Below, one piece after another: positions 44,101 through 52,717 of a stretch of 64,000 nt of DNA (position 1 is the first letter of the stretch; every line of letters begins with the position of its first letter). Origin of the DNA: Dehalococcoidia bacterium (GTDB lineage: Bacteria; Chloroflexota; Dehalococcoidia; Lucifugimonadales; UBA3495); assembly GCA_030740155.1 (NCBI GenBank), contig JASLXV010000038.1, positions 32,001-96,000 on the forward strand, written 5' to 3'. Made by a program: the position numbers and the translations under genes. The notes under the pieces are model-generated. The model saw nothing but the letters and a program-made list of their open reading frames with translations. It ran no database searches and was not told where the DNA came from.

Positions 44101-45024
44101 AACCTGCTGGACCAGGCGGTGGAGATGGTGGCCGCCCTGGACGAGTCGCCTGAAGAGAACCTGGTGGTCAAACACCTCCGTGAAGACCTGGCAAAGGATG
44201 GAGCCAAAAGTGGGGATGAAGGACCATCGGGCACGTCCCAGGAGGGCGAAACCGGCCCCTCCGGCCGGGCTGCCTCCCTCTACCGGATTTTTGGCAGCAA
44301 GCCGGGGACCTACGGGGCGGGCATCTTGCCCCTCCTGGACGAGCGAAACTGGGAGACGACCCAGGACCTGGCCGAGGTGTACACCGCGTGGGGTGGGTAC
44401 GCCTATACCCAGCAGGAGCATGGGGTGAACGCCCGGCAGGAGTTCCGGCGCCGGTTCAGCCAGATAGTGGTCGCGGCCAAGAACCAGGACAACCGGGAGC
44501 ATGATATCTTCGACAGCGACGACTACATGCAGTACCACGGCGGCATGATCGCCACGGTCCGCGCCCTGACCGGCCGCAACCCCCGGCAGTACTTCGGCGA
44601 CAACTCCGACCCGTCCCGCGCCCAGGTCAGAGACCTGGAGGATGAGGCCCGGCGGGTGTTTCGGAGCCGCGTGGTGAACCCCAAGTGGATCGACTCCATG
44701 AAGCGCCACGGCTACAAGGGCGCCTTCGAGCTGGCCGCCACCGTTGACTACATGTTCGGCTACGACGCCACCGCCCAGATGGTGGACGATTGGATGTACG
44801 AGGACCTTACTGAAAGCTACGTCCTGGACCCGGAGACGCGTCAGTTCTTCCAGGAAAGCAACCCCTGGGCGCTGAAAGGAATCGTGGAGAGGCTCCTGGA
44901 AGCCATCGAGCGGGGCCTCTGGGAGGAGCCGCCGCCGGACATGCGGAAGAAACTGGAGGATATGTACCTGCAACTGGAGGCCGACCTGGAAGCCCGGCAG
45001 GAGAGACCGCCCGGCCCAGGATGA
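41158..45024 (+). CDS. cobN: Cobaltochelatase large subunit
   Basis: ALPEFDGRI, QPPRGFG, HVGKHGTLEWLPGK, GPSGAPTRG, LPTGRNFY, PRIDVTVRISGFFRDAFP, NPKWIDSMKRHGYKG. Confidence 0.96.
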   Translation: MADLKTILFVTTADTDLLTADRALAGISLPGFPQVRAFNPAALSTPEARDELLRAAGQASVVLLRLLGGKRAMPETFEPLVQVCRSRKVPLIACPGHEEWDEDLVAACSAPAAEVETVFSYLMRGGVRNIRHLFLFLSDTYLGTGFGAEAPAPLPWEGIYHPDVIGEIDVEAFERQRFQPGRPGVAVLFYRAHWMSGNLQGVDALIRRLETLGANVLPVFSYSLKHSPEGDGQALRTFSEFLSRPDGSPRVDCVINTMGMAMGELSKEGPTIASGWAAAHLERLNVPIIQGIVSTGTEEAWQESSLGLGPIDTAMSVALPEFDGRIISVPISFKEESGAPQSSRMDARLQRYMPREDRVDHVARLAIKWAGLRSKPNSEKRVAIMLSNYPTKDARIGNAVGLDTPASVVRLLHALKWAGYHVTGIPESGDALVHSIVERCSNDQDSLTEEQLRLAVGHVEARQYGQWFQGFPDTVKEELLEAWGEPPGQVYRTNGRLAVAGIELGNVFVGLQPPRGFGQNPIAIYHSPDLPPTHHYIAYYRWIRDVFRADAMVHVGKHGTLEWLPGKGIGLSAACYPELALQDLPLFYPFIINDPGEGAQAKRRAHATIIDHLIPAMTTADSYGDIARLEQLLDEHYQCQTLDPAKLPLLEAQIWELIEQAELHRDLGVNSQPDDFAQFILEIDGYICELKDAQIKDGLHTLGEVPQGEQLVGLLSSLSRLDSSVVPSLRRSLAEALGLDYDGLLSDPGLPLEGEVSPVLARLEQDGPVRTRGDVVERLELLGRRAYSELLDRDFAPEQVPQVVAGLLDKPDPQTEMVLTYAAQTVYPALLRTTDEIDNLLRGLEGQFVPAGPSGAPTRGMANILPTGRNFYSVDPRTIPSPAAWETGKRLAEALLEKYLKEEGSYPEMVGLVVWGTSAMRTHGDDIAQILHLLGVRPIWQPESRRVMGLEPIPLAELGHPRIDVTVRISGFFRDAFPNLINLLDQAVEMVAALDESPEENLVVKHLREDLAKDGAKSGDEGPSGTSQEGETGPSGRAASLYRIFGSKPGTYGAGILPLLDERNWETTQDLAEVYTAWGGYAYTQQEHGVNARQEFRRRFSQIVVAAKNQDNREHDIFDSDDYMQYHGGMIATVRALTGRNPRQYFGDNSDPSRAQVRDLEDEARRVFRSRVVNPKWIDSMKRHGYKGAFELAATVDYMFGYDATAQMVDDWMYEDLTESYVLDPETRQFFQESNPWALKGIVERLLEAIERGLWEEPPPDMRKKLEDMYLQLEADLEARQERPPGPG

Positions 45025-45218
45025 AGATGACGCGGGCCGCCCGTCGAGCCGGCCTGCCGGACCGCCCTTTTGTCAAAACCAGCGCAGTCCACGCAATAAG
45101 GGGGGTGATGCCTACGCGAATGGTTCGGCCCACGACGATTGGAAGGCCCGTCGTCGCCCTGCCGGTCTTCAGCAGGGGAGTCTCAGGACTGAATGACCCT
45201 GTGGAAAAGGAGAGAGAT

Positions 45219-45425
45219 ATGCTGGATGCACTACGGGGTGGCCTAGGCGAAAGAGATGTTTCCAGATGGCTGCCGTGGGTTCTCGGAGCAGTGGTGCTGC
45301 TCTACATCATCGGCTACGTGGACGGCACCGTTCACGGAGCAGTGCTGGGCAGTACCGGCGCTAATCTGGGCTACGTGCACGAGTTCTTCCATCATGCACG
45401 CCACGTAGCCATGATGTGCCACTAG
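45219..45425 (+). CDS. cbtB: Cobalt transporter small subunit, CbtB-like
   Basis: One TM segment then HEFFHHARH...CH; AAGGAG upstream; next to cbtA. Confidence 0.85.
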   Translation: MLDALRGGLGERDVSRWLPWVLGAVVLLYIIGYVDGTVHGAVLGSTGANLGYVHEFFHHARHVAMMCH

Positions 45426-45630
45426 AGAGCCATCGGGCTTGGTCGCACGGTTAGGAAGTTTCTCGGAAGTCACCGGGAAGTGGGCCCCCTGCCGTTCAAG
45501 ATAGACGGCGGGGGCGCCCATGAACCGATCCGATAGCTTGCCGCGGTGGGTTCGACAAGATCACCACAAGCAGGCACTATTAGCGTGCCCTGAGCCTGTC
45601 GGGGGCAGAGCCTGAGCCCCGGTAAGGATT

Positions 45631-45764
45631 CTAGTACTCAGTCAGCTTAAATCTGCGAATTGTCATTCTGAGCGAAGCGAAGAATCTCAGCGCAACAATG
45701 AGATTCTTCGTCGCTCTGCTCCTCAGAATGACATCCTGCCAAAGCCAAGTTGACTGAGTACTAG
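45631..45764. mobile_element. CTAG-bounded MITE-like element with internal GTCATTCTGAGCGAAGCGAAGAATCTC palindrome
   Basis: Terminal IRs CTAGTACTCAGTCAGCTT / AAGTTGACTGAGTACTAG (17 of 18 match); inner IR TGTCATTCTGAG..GAAGAATCTC / GAGATTCTTC..CTCAGAATGACA. Confidence 0.7.
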
Positions 45765-45807
45765 GCACTTGTTCAATGACTTGTAGACGGATTCTTGCCG
45801 CCCGGTC

Positions 45808-45888
45808 CGTCATCCAGGCGAAGCCTGGGATACAGCCAACGTTTCACTGGATCCTAGTCACTGGATTACGGCCTTCGCCGGAATGATG
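45808..45888. repeat. CGTC-type REP doublet
   Basis: CGTCATCCAGGCGAAGCCTGGGATACAG ... CTGGATTACGGCCTTCGCCGGAATGATG; related units near 59730 and 63898. Confidence 0.75.
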
Positions 45889-46061
45889 GTCGCGGGGAGG
45901 GGATGTCGCATCATTTGTCGAGATTGGGCTATTCTCAAGAAAATCCGCCGGCAATGCTCCGCTCTCCCTCCCGCCCGGGTCCGGGCACTCCTCAGGCGAG
46001 ATGGGTTTTGGGGAGAAGGGGTTGACGGGATGTTCATACGCGCTGGGGTTGAGGTATCATC

Positions 46062-46871
46062 GTGCCAAGGCTGATGTTCATAGCAATGGTGGCGGGGCTC
46101 GTTGCCGGCCTTCTGGTTGGTGGGTTCCACAACCTGTTTACCGTGCCCGTAATGGAGCGGGCCATGGTCCTCGAGGAAGAAAGGGCGGCGGCCGAGACTG
46201 TTCTAGCAGAGGCCGGTAATGACGAGGGACCCCAGGTTTCCCTGGGAGTCCAGCGTGTCGGCTTGGTCGTAGGCACCGGCCTGTACGGCCTGATTCTGGG
46301 ACTCCTCTTTGCCGGGGGGTATTCCCTGCTGCACCGCATCGCTCCCGGCTGGCAGCCGTTGGCGGTGGCCGTGGTGATCGGCGCGCTGGGTTTCTGGGCC
46401 CTATCGCTACTCCCGTTCATAAAATTCCCGCTCAATCCGCCCGGGGTAGGAGATGAGAGCACCCTCATTCAGCGGCAGGGATACCAGACCCTTTTTATGG
46501 CCCTGTCCGTCGTCGGCGCGACGGGGCTACTCCTTGCTTTGCACCAGGTGAGTTCGCAGGTGGCCCTGGCGGCCCAACGTATTTGGCTCTACCTGGCGGT
46601 GCTGTTGGGGTATGCCGCGTTCGTCCTGATAATCGCGTTTGCCACGCCGGGCAACCCTGATCCGGTACCGGTACCGATCGACCTGCTGGAGCTGTTCCGG
46701 ACGCTGACCATGATCGGGCAATTCCTCCTTTGGGCGTTGCTCGCGGCGGGGGTGGTCCTAGCGTTGATGTGGTTCCAATGGCGAGCGCAGCCCGCGCGGT
46801 TTGACGCGGCCTCCGATGAATCCGGGAGACCGGCGGTCCACCCAGAATCCAATAGAAGGACGAGCAGTTAG
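46062..46871 (+). CDS. cbtA: Cobalt transporter subunit, CbtA-like
   Basis: AGLVAG, PVMERAMVLEE, PFIKFPLNPPGVG..TLIQRQ, LLELFR; multiple TM helices. Confidence 0.88.
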   Translation: MPRLMFIAMVAGLVAGLLVGGFHNLFTVPVMERAMVLEEERAAAETVLAEAGNDEGPQVSLGVQRVGLVVGTGLYGLILGLLFAGGYSLLHRIAPGWQPLAVAVVIGALGFWALSLLPFIKFPLNPPGVGDESTLIQRQGYQTLFMALSVVGATGLLLALHQVSSQVALAAQRIWLYLAVLLGYAAFVLIIAFATPGNPDPVPVPIDLLELFRTLTMIGQFLLWALLAAGVVLALMWFQWRAQPARFDAASDESGRPAVHPESNRRTSS

Positions 46872-46874
46872 CCA

Positions 46875-49082
46875 GTGACCGAAAATAATATCCAACAGCC
46901 ATCGGAGCCCCGCTTCCCCTTCACCGCCATAGTCGGGCAGACCGCGATGAAGCGGGCCCTGTTGCTCAACGCCGTCAACCCCAAGATCGGCGGGGTGCTG
47001 ATCCGCGGCAAGAAGGGGACCGCCAAGTCCACGGCGGTACGCTCCCTGGCCGCCCTGCTGCCAGAGGTAGCCGTCCTCCAGGGCTGTCCGTACAGTTGCG
47101 CCCCCGACGCCCGGCAGGGCCTTTGCCAGTGGTGCCAATCGGGGAGCAACGATAATCCGGCGGTGATCCGGCAGGTGCGGATTGTGGAGTTGCCGGTGGG
47201 CGCCACCGAGGACCGGCTGGTCGGCTCCCTGGACATCGAGCAGGCCATCAAGACCGGGACCCGCAGCTTTGAACCCGGCCTCATCGCCGCCACCCACCGG
47301 GGTATCCTGTACATTGACGAGGTCAACCTCCTGAACGACCACCTGGTGGACGTGCTGCTGGACGCGGCGGCCATGGGCCGGAATTACGTCGAGCGGGAAG
47401 GCGTTTCGGTCAGCCACGCCGCCGACTTCATCCTGGTCGGGACCATGAACCCGGAGGAGGGCGACCTGCGCCCCCAGCTTCTGGACCGTTTCGGTCTGGC
47501 CGTGGAGGTGGATGGGGCCTTGCCCGCCGAGGAGAGGCGCGAGGTGGTCCTGCGGCGCATCGCCTACGAGGCCGACCCCTTCCGGTTCATGGGCGAGTGG
47601 CGGAAGGCGGAGGAGCGGGAGAGGGCGCGGTTGCTTCGGAGCCGGCAGCGCTTGGCCCAGGTCGAGGTTGGCAGTGACATCCTGGAGCTGATAACGGATA
47701 TCTGTGCCGAGTACCAGGTCGATGGGCTGCGGGGCGATATCGTGATGTACAAAACCGCCGGCACCATCGCGGCCTACGAGGGCAGGATCAATGTTACCGC
47801 GGAGGACGTCAAGGAAGCCGCCCGGCTGGCCCTGCTCCACCGGCAACGCCGCCAGCCTTTCCAGCAGCCCAACCTGGTCACCGAACAGCTGGATACCATG
47901 ATTGATGAGTTTCAGCAGCAGCAACGCCAGCGAGAGCCGGCGGACTCGCCGGCCGATTTTTCCCAGGACCAGGCCGACGGTGACTCGGACCCCTCTGACT
48001 TAGATAGCCCGGACCTCTCTCCACCCGAGGAACCTGATCCCGAGGGGCCCGGCCCCGAGGGTCCCGGAAATCAGGAACAGCAGTTCGAGGTGGGAAACCC
48101 CTTCTCCGTTCGTGCCCTAGAGGTGCAGCCGCCGGATGAGCGCGCCCGGCAGTCGGCCGGGAGGAGGAGCAAAACGGTCAGCGGCACCTCCGCCGGGCGC
48201 TACGTGGGCGCCAGGGTCCCCCAGGGCGCGGTATCCGACCTGGCCTTGGACGCCACCCTGCGGGCGGCCGCTCCCAATCAAAGACGCCGCCGCGAAGACC
48301 AATCCTCCCCCCATGGCGTCGCCCCTTCTCCTCTCCGTTTCGAAGGAGGGACCAAGGGGAGTCCGGACCCCCCCCGGTCCGGCCCGGCCCTTCTGCTTGA
48401 ACCCTGGGACGTGCGGGAAAAAGTGCGGGAGACCAAAACCGGAAGCCTGATACTCTTCGTCGTCGACGCCAGCGGCTCCATGGGCGCCCAACGGCGGATG
48501 GTGGCGGTCAAGGGGGCCGTCCTCTCCCTGCTCCTGGACGCCTACCAGCGCCGGGACCGGGTGGGATTGATTGCCTTCCGGGGTACCACGGCGGAGCTGC
48601 TGCTGCCCCCCACCAACAGCGTGGAGCTGGCCCAGACGCATCTGTCGGAGATGCCCACCGGCGGGAGGACCCCGTTGAGCTGGGGGCTTCACCTGGCGCT
48701 ACAGGTGATTGAGGCGGAGAAGATGAAGGACCGGGACGTCGTGCCCCTGGTGGTGCTGCTGTCCGACGGGCGGGCCAACGTCACCCTGGCGCAACAGGCC
48801 GGCCCGGCTGACGTTGGAGAGGATAGCCCAACGGCCACCGAAGTCAAAGATGTTGCCTCTCTGTTCAAGGAGAATCGCATCACGTCGGTGGTCATCGATA
48901 CCGAGGACGGCTTCATCAAGATGGGGCTGGCCCGGCCCATCGCCGAGGCCATGGGCGCGAGGTGCCTGCGGCTGGAAGAGCTGCGGGCGGAAGGCCTGGC
49001 CCAAGCGGTCCGCCTCCAGCTACCTACCGCCGGCCCACCGGACCCGATGCCAGAGGAAGAGCCCGAAACGGGATTGACCTGA
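46875..49082 (+). CDS. ChlI/ChlD-like fused chelatase ATPase (AAA+, acidic/Pro linker, VWA)
   Basis: FPFTAIVGQ, RGKKGTAKST, ATEDRLVG, LYIDEVNLL, GTMNPEEG, LLDRFG, FVVDASGSM, TGGRTPL, SDGRAN. Confidence 0.93.
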   Translation: MTENNIQQPSEPRFPFTAIVGQTAMKRALLLNAVNPKIGGVLIRGKKGTAKSTAVRSLAALLPEVAVLQGCPYSCAPDARQGLCQWCQSGSNDNPAVIRQVRIVELPVGATEDRLVGSLDIEQAIKTGTRSFEPGLIAATHRGILYIDEVNLLNDHLVDVLLDAAAMGRNYVEREGVSVSHAADFILVGTMNPEEGDLRPQLLDRFGLAVEVDGALPAEERREVVLRRIAYEADPFRFMGEWRKAEERERARLLRSRQRLAQVEVGSDILELITDICAEYQVDGLRGDIVMYKTAGTIAAYEGRINVTAEDVKEAARLALLHRQRRQPFQQPNLVTEQLDTMIDEFQQQQRQREPADSPADFSQDQADGDSDPSDLDSPDLSPPEEPDPEGPGPEGPGNQEQQFEVGNPFSVRALEVQPPDERARQSAGRRSKTVSGTSAGRYVGARVPQGAVSDLALDATLRAAAPNQRRRREDQSSPHGVAPSPLRFEGGTKGSPDPPRSGPALLLEPWDVREKVRETKTGSLILFVVDASGSMGAQRRMVAVKGAVLSLLLDAYQRRDRVGLIAFRGTTAELLLPPTNSVELAQTHLSEMPTGGRTPLSWGLHLALQVIEAEKMKDRDVVPLVVLLSDGRANVTLAQQAGPADVGEDSPTATEVKDVASLFKENRITSVVIDTEDGFIKMGLARPIAEAMGARCLRLEELRAEGLAQAVRLQLPTAGPPDPMPEEEPETGLT

Positions 49083-49148
49083 CCCTCACCCAGCCCAAGC
49101 TTCGCTAGGGCATCCCTCTCCCAATGGGAGAGGGAACGAGGGTGAGGG
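49083..49148. repeat. Palindromic REP-like element, inverted copy of 1146-1211
   Basis: Same 66-bp length and architecture. Confidence 0.8.
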
Positions 49149-49213
49149 TATCGCCGGCAACCAAATACCCCCGCCCGAAGCGTTGATCCGTGCAACCAGC
49201 AAGCTTTCCTCCG

Positions 49214-49246
49214 TCCCCCTTTGGTAAAGGGGGATTAGGGGGATTT
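49214..49246. repeat. Palindromic repeat TCCCCCTTTGGTAAAGGGGGATTAGGGGGATTT
   Basis: Near-identical copy at 61473-61506. Confidence 0.8.
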
Positions 49247-49291
49247 CCTCCACCCACCAGCAGTAAACGGCCGCCCCCCAGTCCACCAATG

Positions 49292-49320
49292 TTTACATCG
49301 GCAAAGGGACTTGGTACCCT
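49292..49320 (+). promoter_or_regulatory. Putative promoter of glyQS
   Basis: TTTACA-17bp-TACCCT with TG extension. Confidence 0.4.
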
Positions 49321-49385
49321 CTAAGTCGAGATCAGCCTGCGGCCTTCGAAGCTGATCGCTGAAAGCTGATAGCTAGGAGGATCTC

Positions 49386-50765
49386 TTGCCACGATTCCTA
49401 CCATACGCCGACATGGACAAAGTCCTCTCTCTGTCCAAGCGGCGGGGCTTTGTTTTCCAGAGCAGCGAAATCTACGGGGGCCTGGGTTCCACCTGGGACT
49501 ACGGCCCCTTAGGCGTGGAGCTGAAGCGCAACGTCAAAGAGGCCTGGTGGCGCTCGGTCATCCTGGAACGGGACGACATGGTGGGGCTGGACGCCGCCAT
49601 CCTGATGCACCCCCAGGTGTGGGTGGCCAGCGGCCACGTGGAGAACTTCTCCGACCCCCTGGTTGAGTGCAAGGACTGCAATCGCCGGTACCGCAGTGAA
49701 GACCTGGAAGGGGACCGTTGCCCCGAGTGCAATGGCGAGTTCACCGACCCCCGCCAGTTCAACCTGATGTTCAAGACCTTCATGGGCCCTGTCGAGGAGA
49801 CCGCCAACCAGGTCCACCTGCGGCCCGAGACCGCCCAGGGAATCTTCGTCAACTTCGCCAACGTTCTAAACTCAACCCGCAAGAAGCTCCCCTTCGGCAT
49901 CGGCCAGATCGGCAAGGCCTTCCGCAACGAGATTACGCCGGGCAACTTCACCTTCCGAACCCGGGAGTTCGAGCAGATGGAGGTGGAGTTCTTCGTCAAA
50001 CCCGGCACCGACGAAGAGTGGCTGAACACTTGGGTGCAGACCCGGTTCGACTGGTACCTGTCCTACGGGATCCGCCCGGAGAACCTGCGCCTGCGCCGGC
50101 ACGCTCCGGACGAGCTGGCCCACTACGCCAAGGACTGCTACGACATCGAGTACCGGTTCCCCTGGGGTTGGGCCGAGCTGGAGGGTATCGCCAACCGCAC
50201 CGACTTTGACCTGCGCCGGCACTCCGAGGCCAGCGGCCAGGACCTGACCTACTTCGACGAGTCGGTTGAAGACGGGGAGAAGAGGTACTTCCCCTACGTT
50301 ATCGAGCCCTCCGGCGGCGTCGACCGGGCCACGCTGGCCTTCTGGCTGGACTCCTACGACGAGGAGCCGGACCCCGGGCAGAAACAGGGAGACGCGGTCC
50401 GGGTGGTGCTGCACCTGCACACGAAGCTGGCCCCAGTCACGGTGGCGCTGCTGCCCCTGAGCCGCAACGCCCGGCTGGCGCCGGCGGCCCGGGAGGTCTA
50501 CGCCCTGCTGCGCAAGAACTTCAACACCCAGTACGACGATGCTCAGAGTATCGGGCGGCGCTACCGGCGGCAGGACGAGATCGGTACCCCCTACTGCGTC
50601 ACGGTGGACTTCGACAGCCTGGAAGACCAGCAGGTCACGATTCGAGACCGGGATACCATGGAGCAGTCCAGGATACCCATAGCCGACCTGGTGGACGCGC
50701 TCCGCGACAAGATTGACAACGGGGGGGGTAGGGAACGGGCAGCCATCGGCTGCCCCTCCGGCTGA
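49386..50765 (+). CDS. glyQS: Glycine--tRNA ligase, alpha2 type
   Basis: [76 protein letters not shown]. Confidence 0.96.
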   Translation: MPRFLPYADMDKVLSLSKRRGFVFQSSEIYGGLGSTWDYGPLGVELKRNVKEAWWRSVILERDDMVGLDAAILMHPQVWVASGHVENFSDPLVECKDCNRRYRSEDLEGDRCPECNGEFTDPRQFNLMFKTFMGPVEETANQVHLRPETAQGIFVNFANVLNSTRKKLPFGIGQIGKAFRNEITPGNFTFRTREFEQMEVEFFVKPGTDEEWLNTWVQTRFDWYLSYGIRPENLRLRRHAPDELAHYAKDCYDIEYRFPWGWAELEGIANRTDFDLRRHSEASGQDLTYFDESVEDGEKRYFPYVIEPSGGVDRATLAFWLDSYDEEPDPGQKQGDAVRVVLHLHTKLAPVTVALLPLSRNARLAPAAREVYALLRKNFNTQYDDAQSIGRRYRRQDEIGTPYCVTVDFDSLEDQQVTIRDRDTMEQSRIPIADLVDALRDKIDNGGGRERAAIGCPSG

Positions 50766-50815
50766 TAGCTGACAGCTGATAGCCCACACAACAAAATCCA
50801 GAACCGGGGGAGCCT

Positions 50816-51241
50816 ATGACCAGCGCACAGAGCGGCCAGGCATACCGGATCATCAGGACCATCGAGCGGAACCTGCGGCGGCTGGAAGAGTTGGTCCGCG
50901 ACATGGAAGCCCGGACCCCTGAAATGCGGCCCCAGGACGCCCGCAGCGAGCTGTTGGAGCACGTCCACGTTGCCGGGGCGATGGAGCAGCGGCGGTTATT
51001 CGAGCTGCTGGACCAGCGGGGTATTACCCACGCCTGGATCGGCGCTCAGGTCGGAGCGGAGTACCTGGATCTGTGGCAGGCGGCCGATGGCCAGGCCTGG
51101 TACCGGGTAACCCAGAGAGCCATCCGGGAACTCCACCTGGGCCAGCTAGCTCTCTCCGCTGCCACCTTTGCCCCTCCCTCCGAGTCAGCCTTCAGCGACG
51201 ATTGGGACAGCGAACAGGACTCCGTCTATGACCAGCTATGA
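50816..51241 (+). CDS. Putative antitoxin
   Basis: Overlaps the toxin start; acidic tail SESAFSDDWDSEQDSVYDQL resembles tails of antitoxins found upstream of PemK/MazF genes. Confidence 0.6.
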   Translation: MTSAQSGQAYRIIRTIERNLRRLEELVRDMEARTPEMRPQDARSELLEHVHVAGAMEQRRLFELLDQRGITHAWIGAQVGAEYLDLWQAADGQAWYRVTQRAIRELHLGQLALSAATFAPPSESAFSDDWDSEQDSVYDQL

Positions 51242-51569
51242 AGCGGGCGACATCGTCCTGGTTCCCCACCCCTTGGGCGATAGCGCCGGGGGTAGGAAGC
51301 GTCCCGTCCTGGTGCTGAGCCCCTCGGAATTCAACCAGGCCGCCGGCGAGATGGTCATCGCCCAGATAACCAGCCGGCCGCCGGCCACCGCCCGGCCCGG
51401 AGACTACCGCATCGAGGGCTGGGAGGAGGCCAACCTGCCCAGTCCCGCCATTGTTCGCGCCCGCCTGGCGACCGTAAAGACCTCCCAGGTCTTGCTCCGG
51501 CTGGGAAGCCTGAGCGAAGCCGAGTTCCAGGGCGCCCGGAACGCGCTGAGCGCGGCGATTTCGGGCTAA
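51228..51569 (+). CDS. PemK/MazF family toxin
   Basis: GDIVLVPHP...RKRPVLVLS...AQITS...GSLS. Confidence 0.9.
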   Translation: MTSYEAGDIVLVPHPLGDSAGGRKRPVLVLSPSEFNQAAGEMVIAQITSRPPATARPGDYRIEGWEEANLPSPAIVRARLATVKTSQVLLRLGSLSEAEFQGARNALSAAISG

Positions 51570-51738
51570 CGAGTTTGTGGCCTCCGCCAACTGATCCGCC
51601 TTACGATGCGCGGGTTGGAAACGGTCGCTGTCATAGTGCTTGCTCCATCCTCACCATGACGTTGTGGGCGCTCGCGGCCCTGCTCCTGGGCCACATTGAC
51701 CTCATTCGCTGCACTGTCTGACGGGGACTACGGTGGCA

Positions 51739-52296
51739 CTAGGAGCCAATTGCCTTTAGCAAGAACCCTAGCACGAATCCAATTAAAGCTGTTGCCAACG
51801 GCACAACTAACCTCACGACCGTTCCACTTGCTTCTTTGACCTCAAACATGTACGCCGCCTGGTACGGTGGCCCGATTTGCAATTGTGCTCTGCCGGGCCG
51901 CTCTAGATAGAACGGCTTAGTCAGGTAGACTTGAGGCTTTTGGTCGAATGCCGTCCCCTCGATATCTAGCTTCAAATCGTCCCCGCTCCCTATTGGCTCA
52001 CTCTCGAGTTCCAGCACAATATCTTCGGTCCAATCTAACCGAACAGGCTTGGCGCCCACATCACAGTCTCCCGCCCATTTCTCCAACCCCAGGTAGCGCA
52101 CGGCTAAACGGAACCTTACCGGCTTTCCTAGATCGTATGTGAGATGTGGGCCAAAATACGGAATGCGTGTTAATATCCTTGCTGGCCGAGTCTTCACAAG
52201 GAAACAGTGACCAGAGGCCGTTCTTATTACAACATCGTGTGAGCCAGCCATATATCTATCCTCCAAGATGATGCCGCTCATACTAACGCACCACAC
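51739..52296 (-). CDS. Hypothetical protein with C-terminal TM helix
   Basis: 185-aa ORF in an AT-richer segment; hydrophobic end LVVPLATALIGFVLGFLLK; start uncertain. Confidence 0.5.
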   Translation of the reverse strand: MWCVSMSGIILEDRYMAGSHDVVIRTASGHCFLVKTRPARILTRIPYFGPHLTYDLGKPVRFRLAVRYLGLEKWAGDCDVGAKPVRLDWTEDIVLELESEPIGSGDDLKLDIEGTAFDQKPQVYLTKPFYLERPGRAQLQIGPPYQAAYMFEVKEASGTVVRLVVPLATALIGFVLGFLLKAIGS

Positions 52297-52575
52297 TTGA
52301 AAGTTGAAGCAAAGAGAGAGGCAACTCTATGCGACCAGTTCGGCGTGTCCTGGCAGGCATGGCGGCCCTCGCGATCATCCCCGCGACGCTATGCCTTGTA
52401 TTGGGTACGCGGGTTCTTTTTCGGCTTAGGTCCTTTTGGTTGGCCCCTTGGCATTGCGTTTTCTCTCTTGCTGGCTGTTGCTGGGTTGGCTACCATGTTT
52501 CTCATACTATGGACTCCAATTGTGTTGCTGGGTAACGGGATGGAGTGGTGGAGTCGCTTTCGGGGGCACCGGTAG
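52297..52575 (+). CDS. Possible small membrane protein
   Basis: Hydrophobic 92-aa ORF; no family recognised; start doubtful. Confidence 0.3.
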   Translation: MKVEAKREATLCDQFGVSWQAWRPSRSSPRRYALYWVRGFFFGLGPFGWPLGIAFSLLLAVAGLATMFLILWTPIVLLGNGMEWWSRFRGHR

Positions 52576-52717
52576 TTTCGCAACAAACTCCTGCAAGAAA
52601 GGGTCCCCCCGCCCGTTCCCCTAGCACCCCGCCACCGGGCGTGGCCTTCGCCCCTAGGCCGTGGTAAACTCCCCTAAGCTATCGGCGGCAGGAACGCCGC
52701 AGGCGTGGGAGCGAGCG

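Noticed and set aside
45021..45218. N-terminal half of the 134-aa ORF after cobN
   Set aside because: The CbtB-like part starts at ATG 45219 after AAGGAG; the upstream part has no recognisable features
46875..49082. Magnesium chelatase implying phototrophy
   Set aside because: The context (cobN, cbtAB, B12 riboswitch) points to cobalt chelation; no bch/chl pathway genes are in the window
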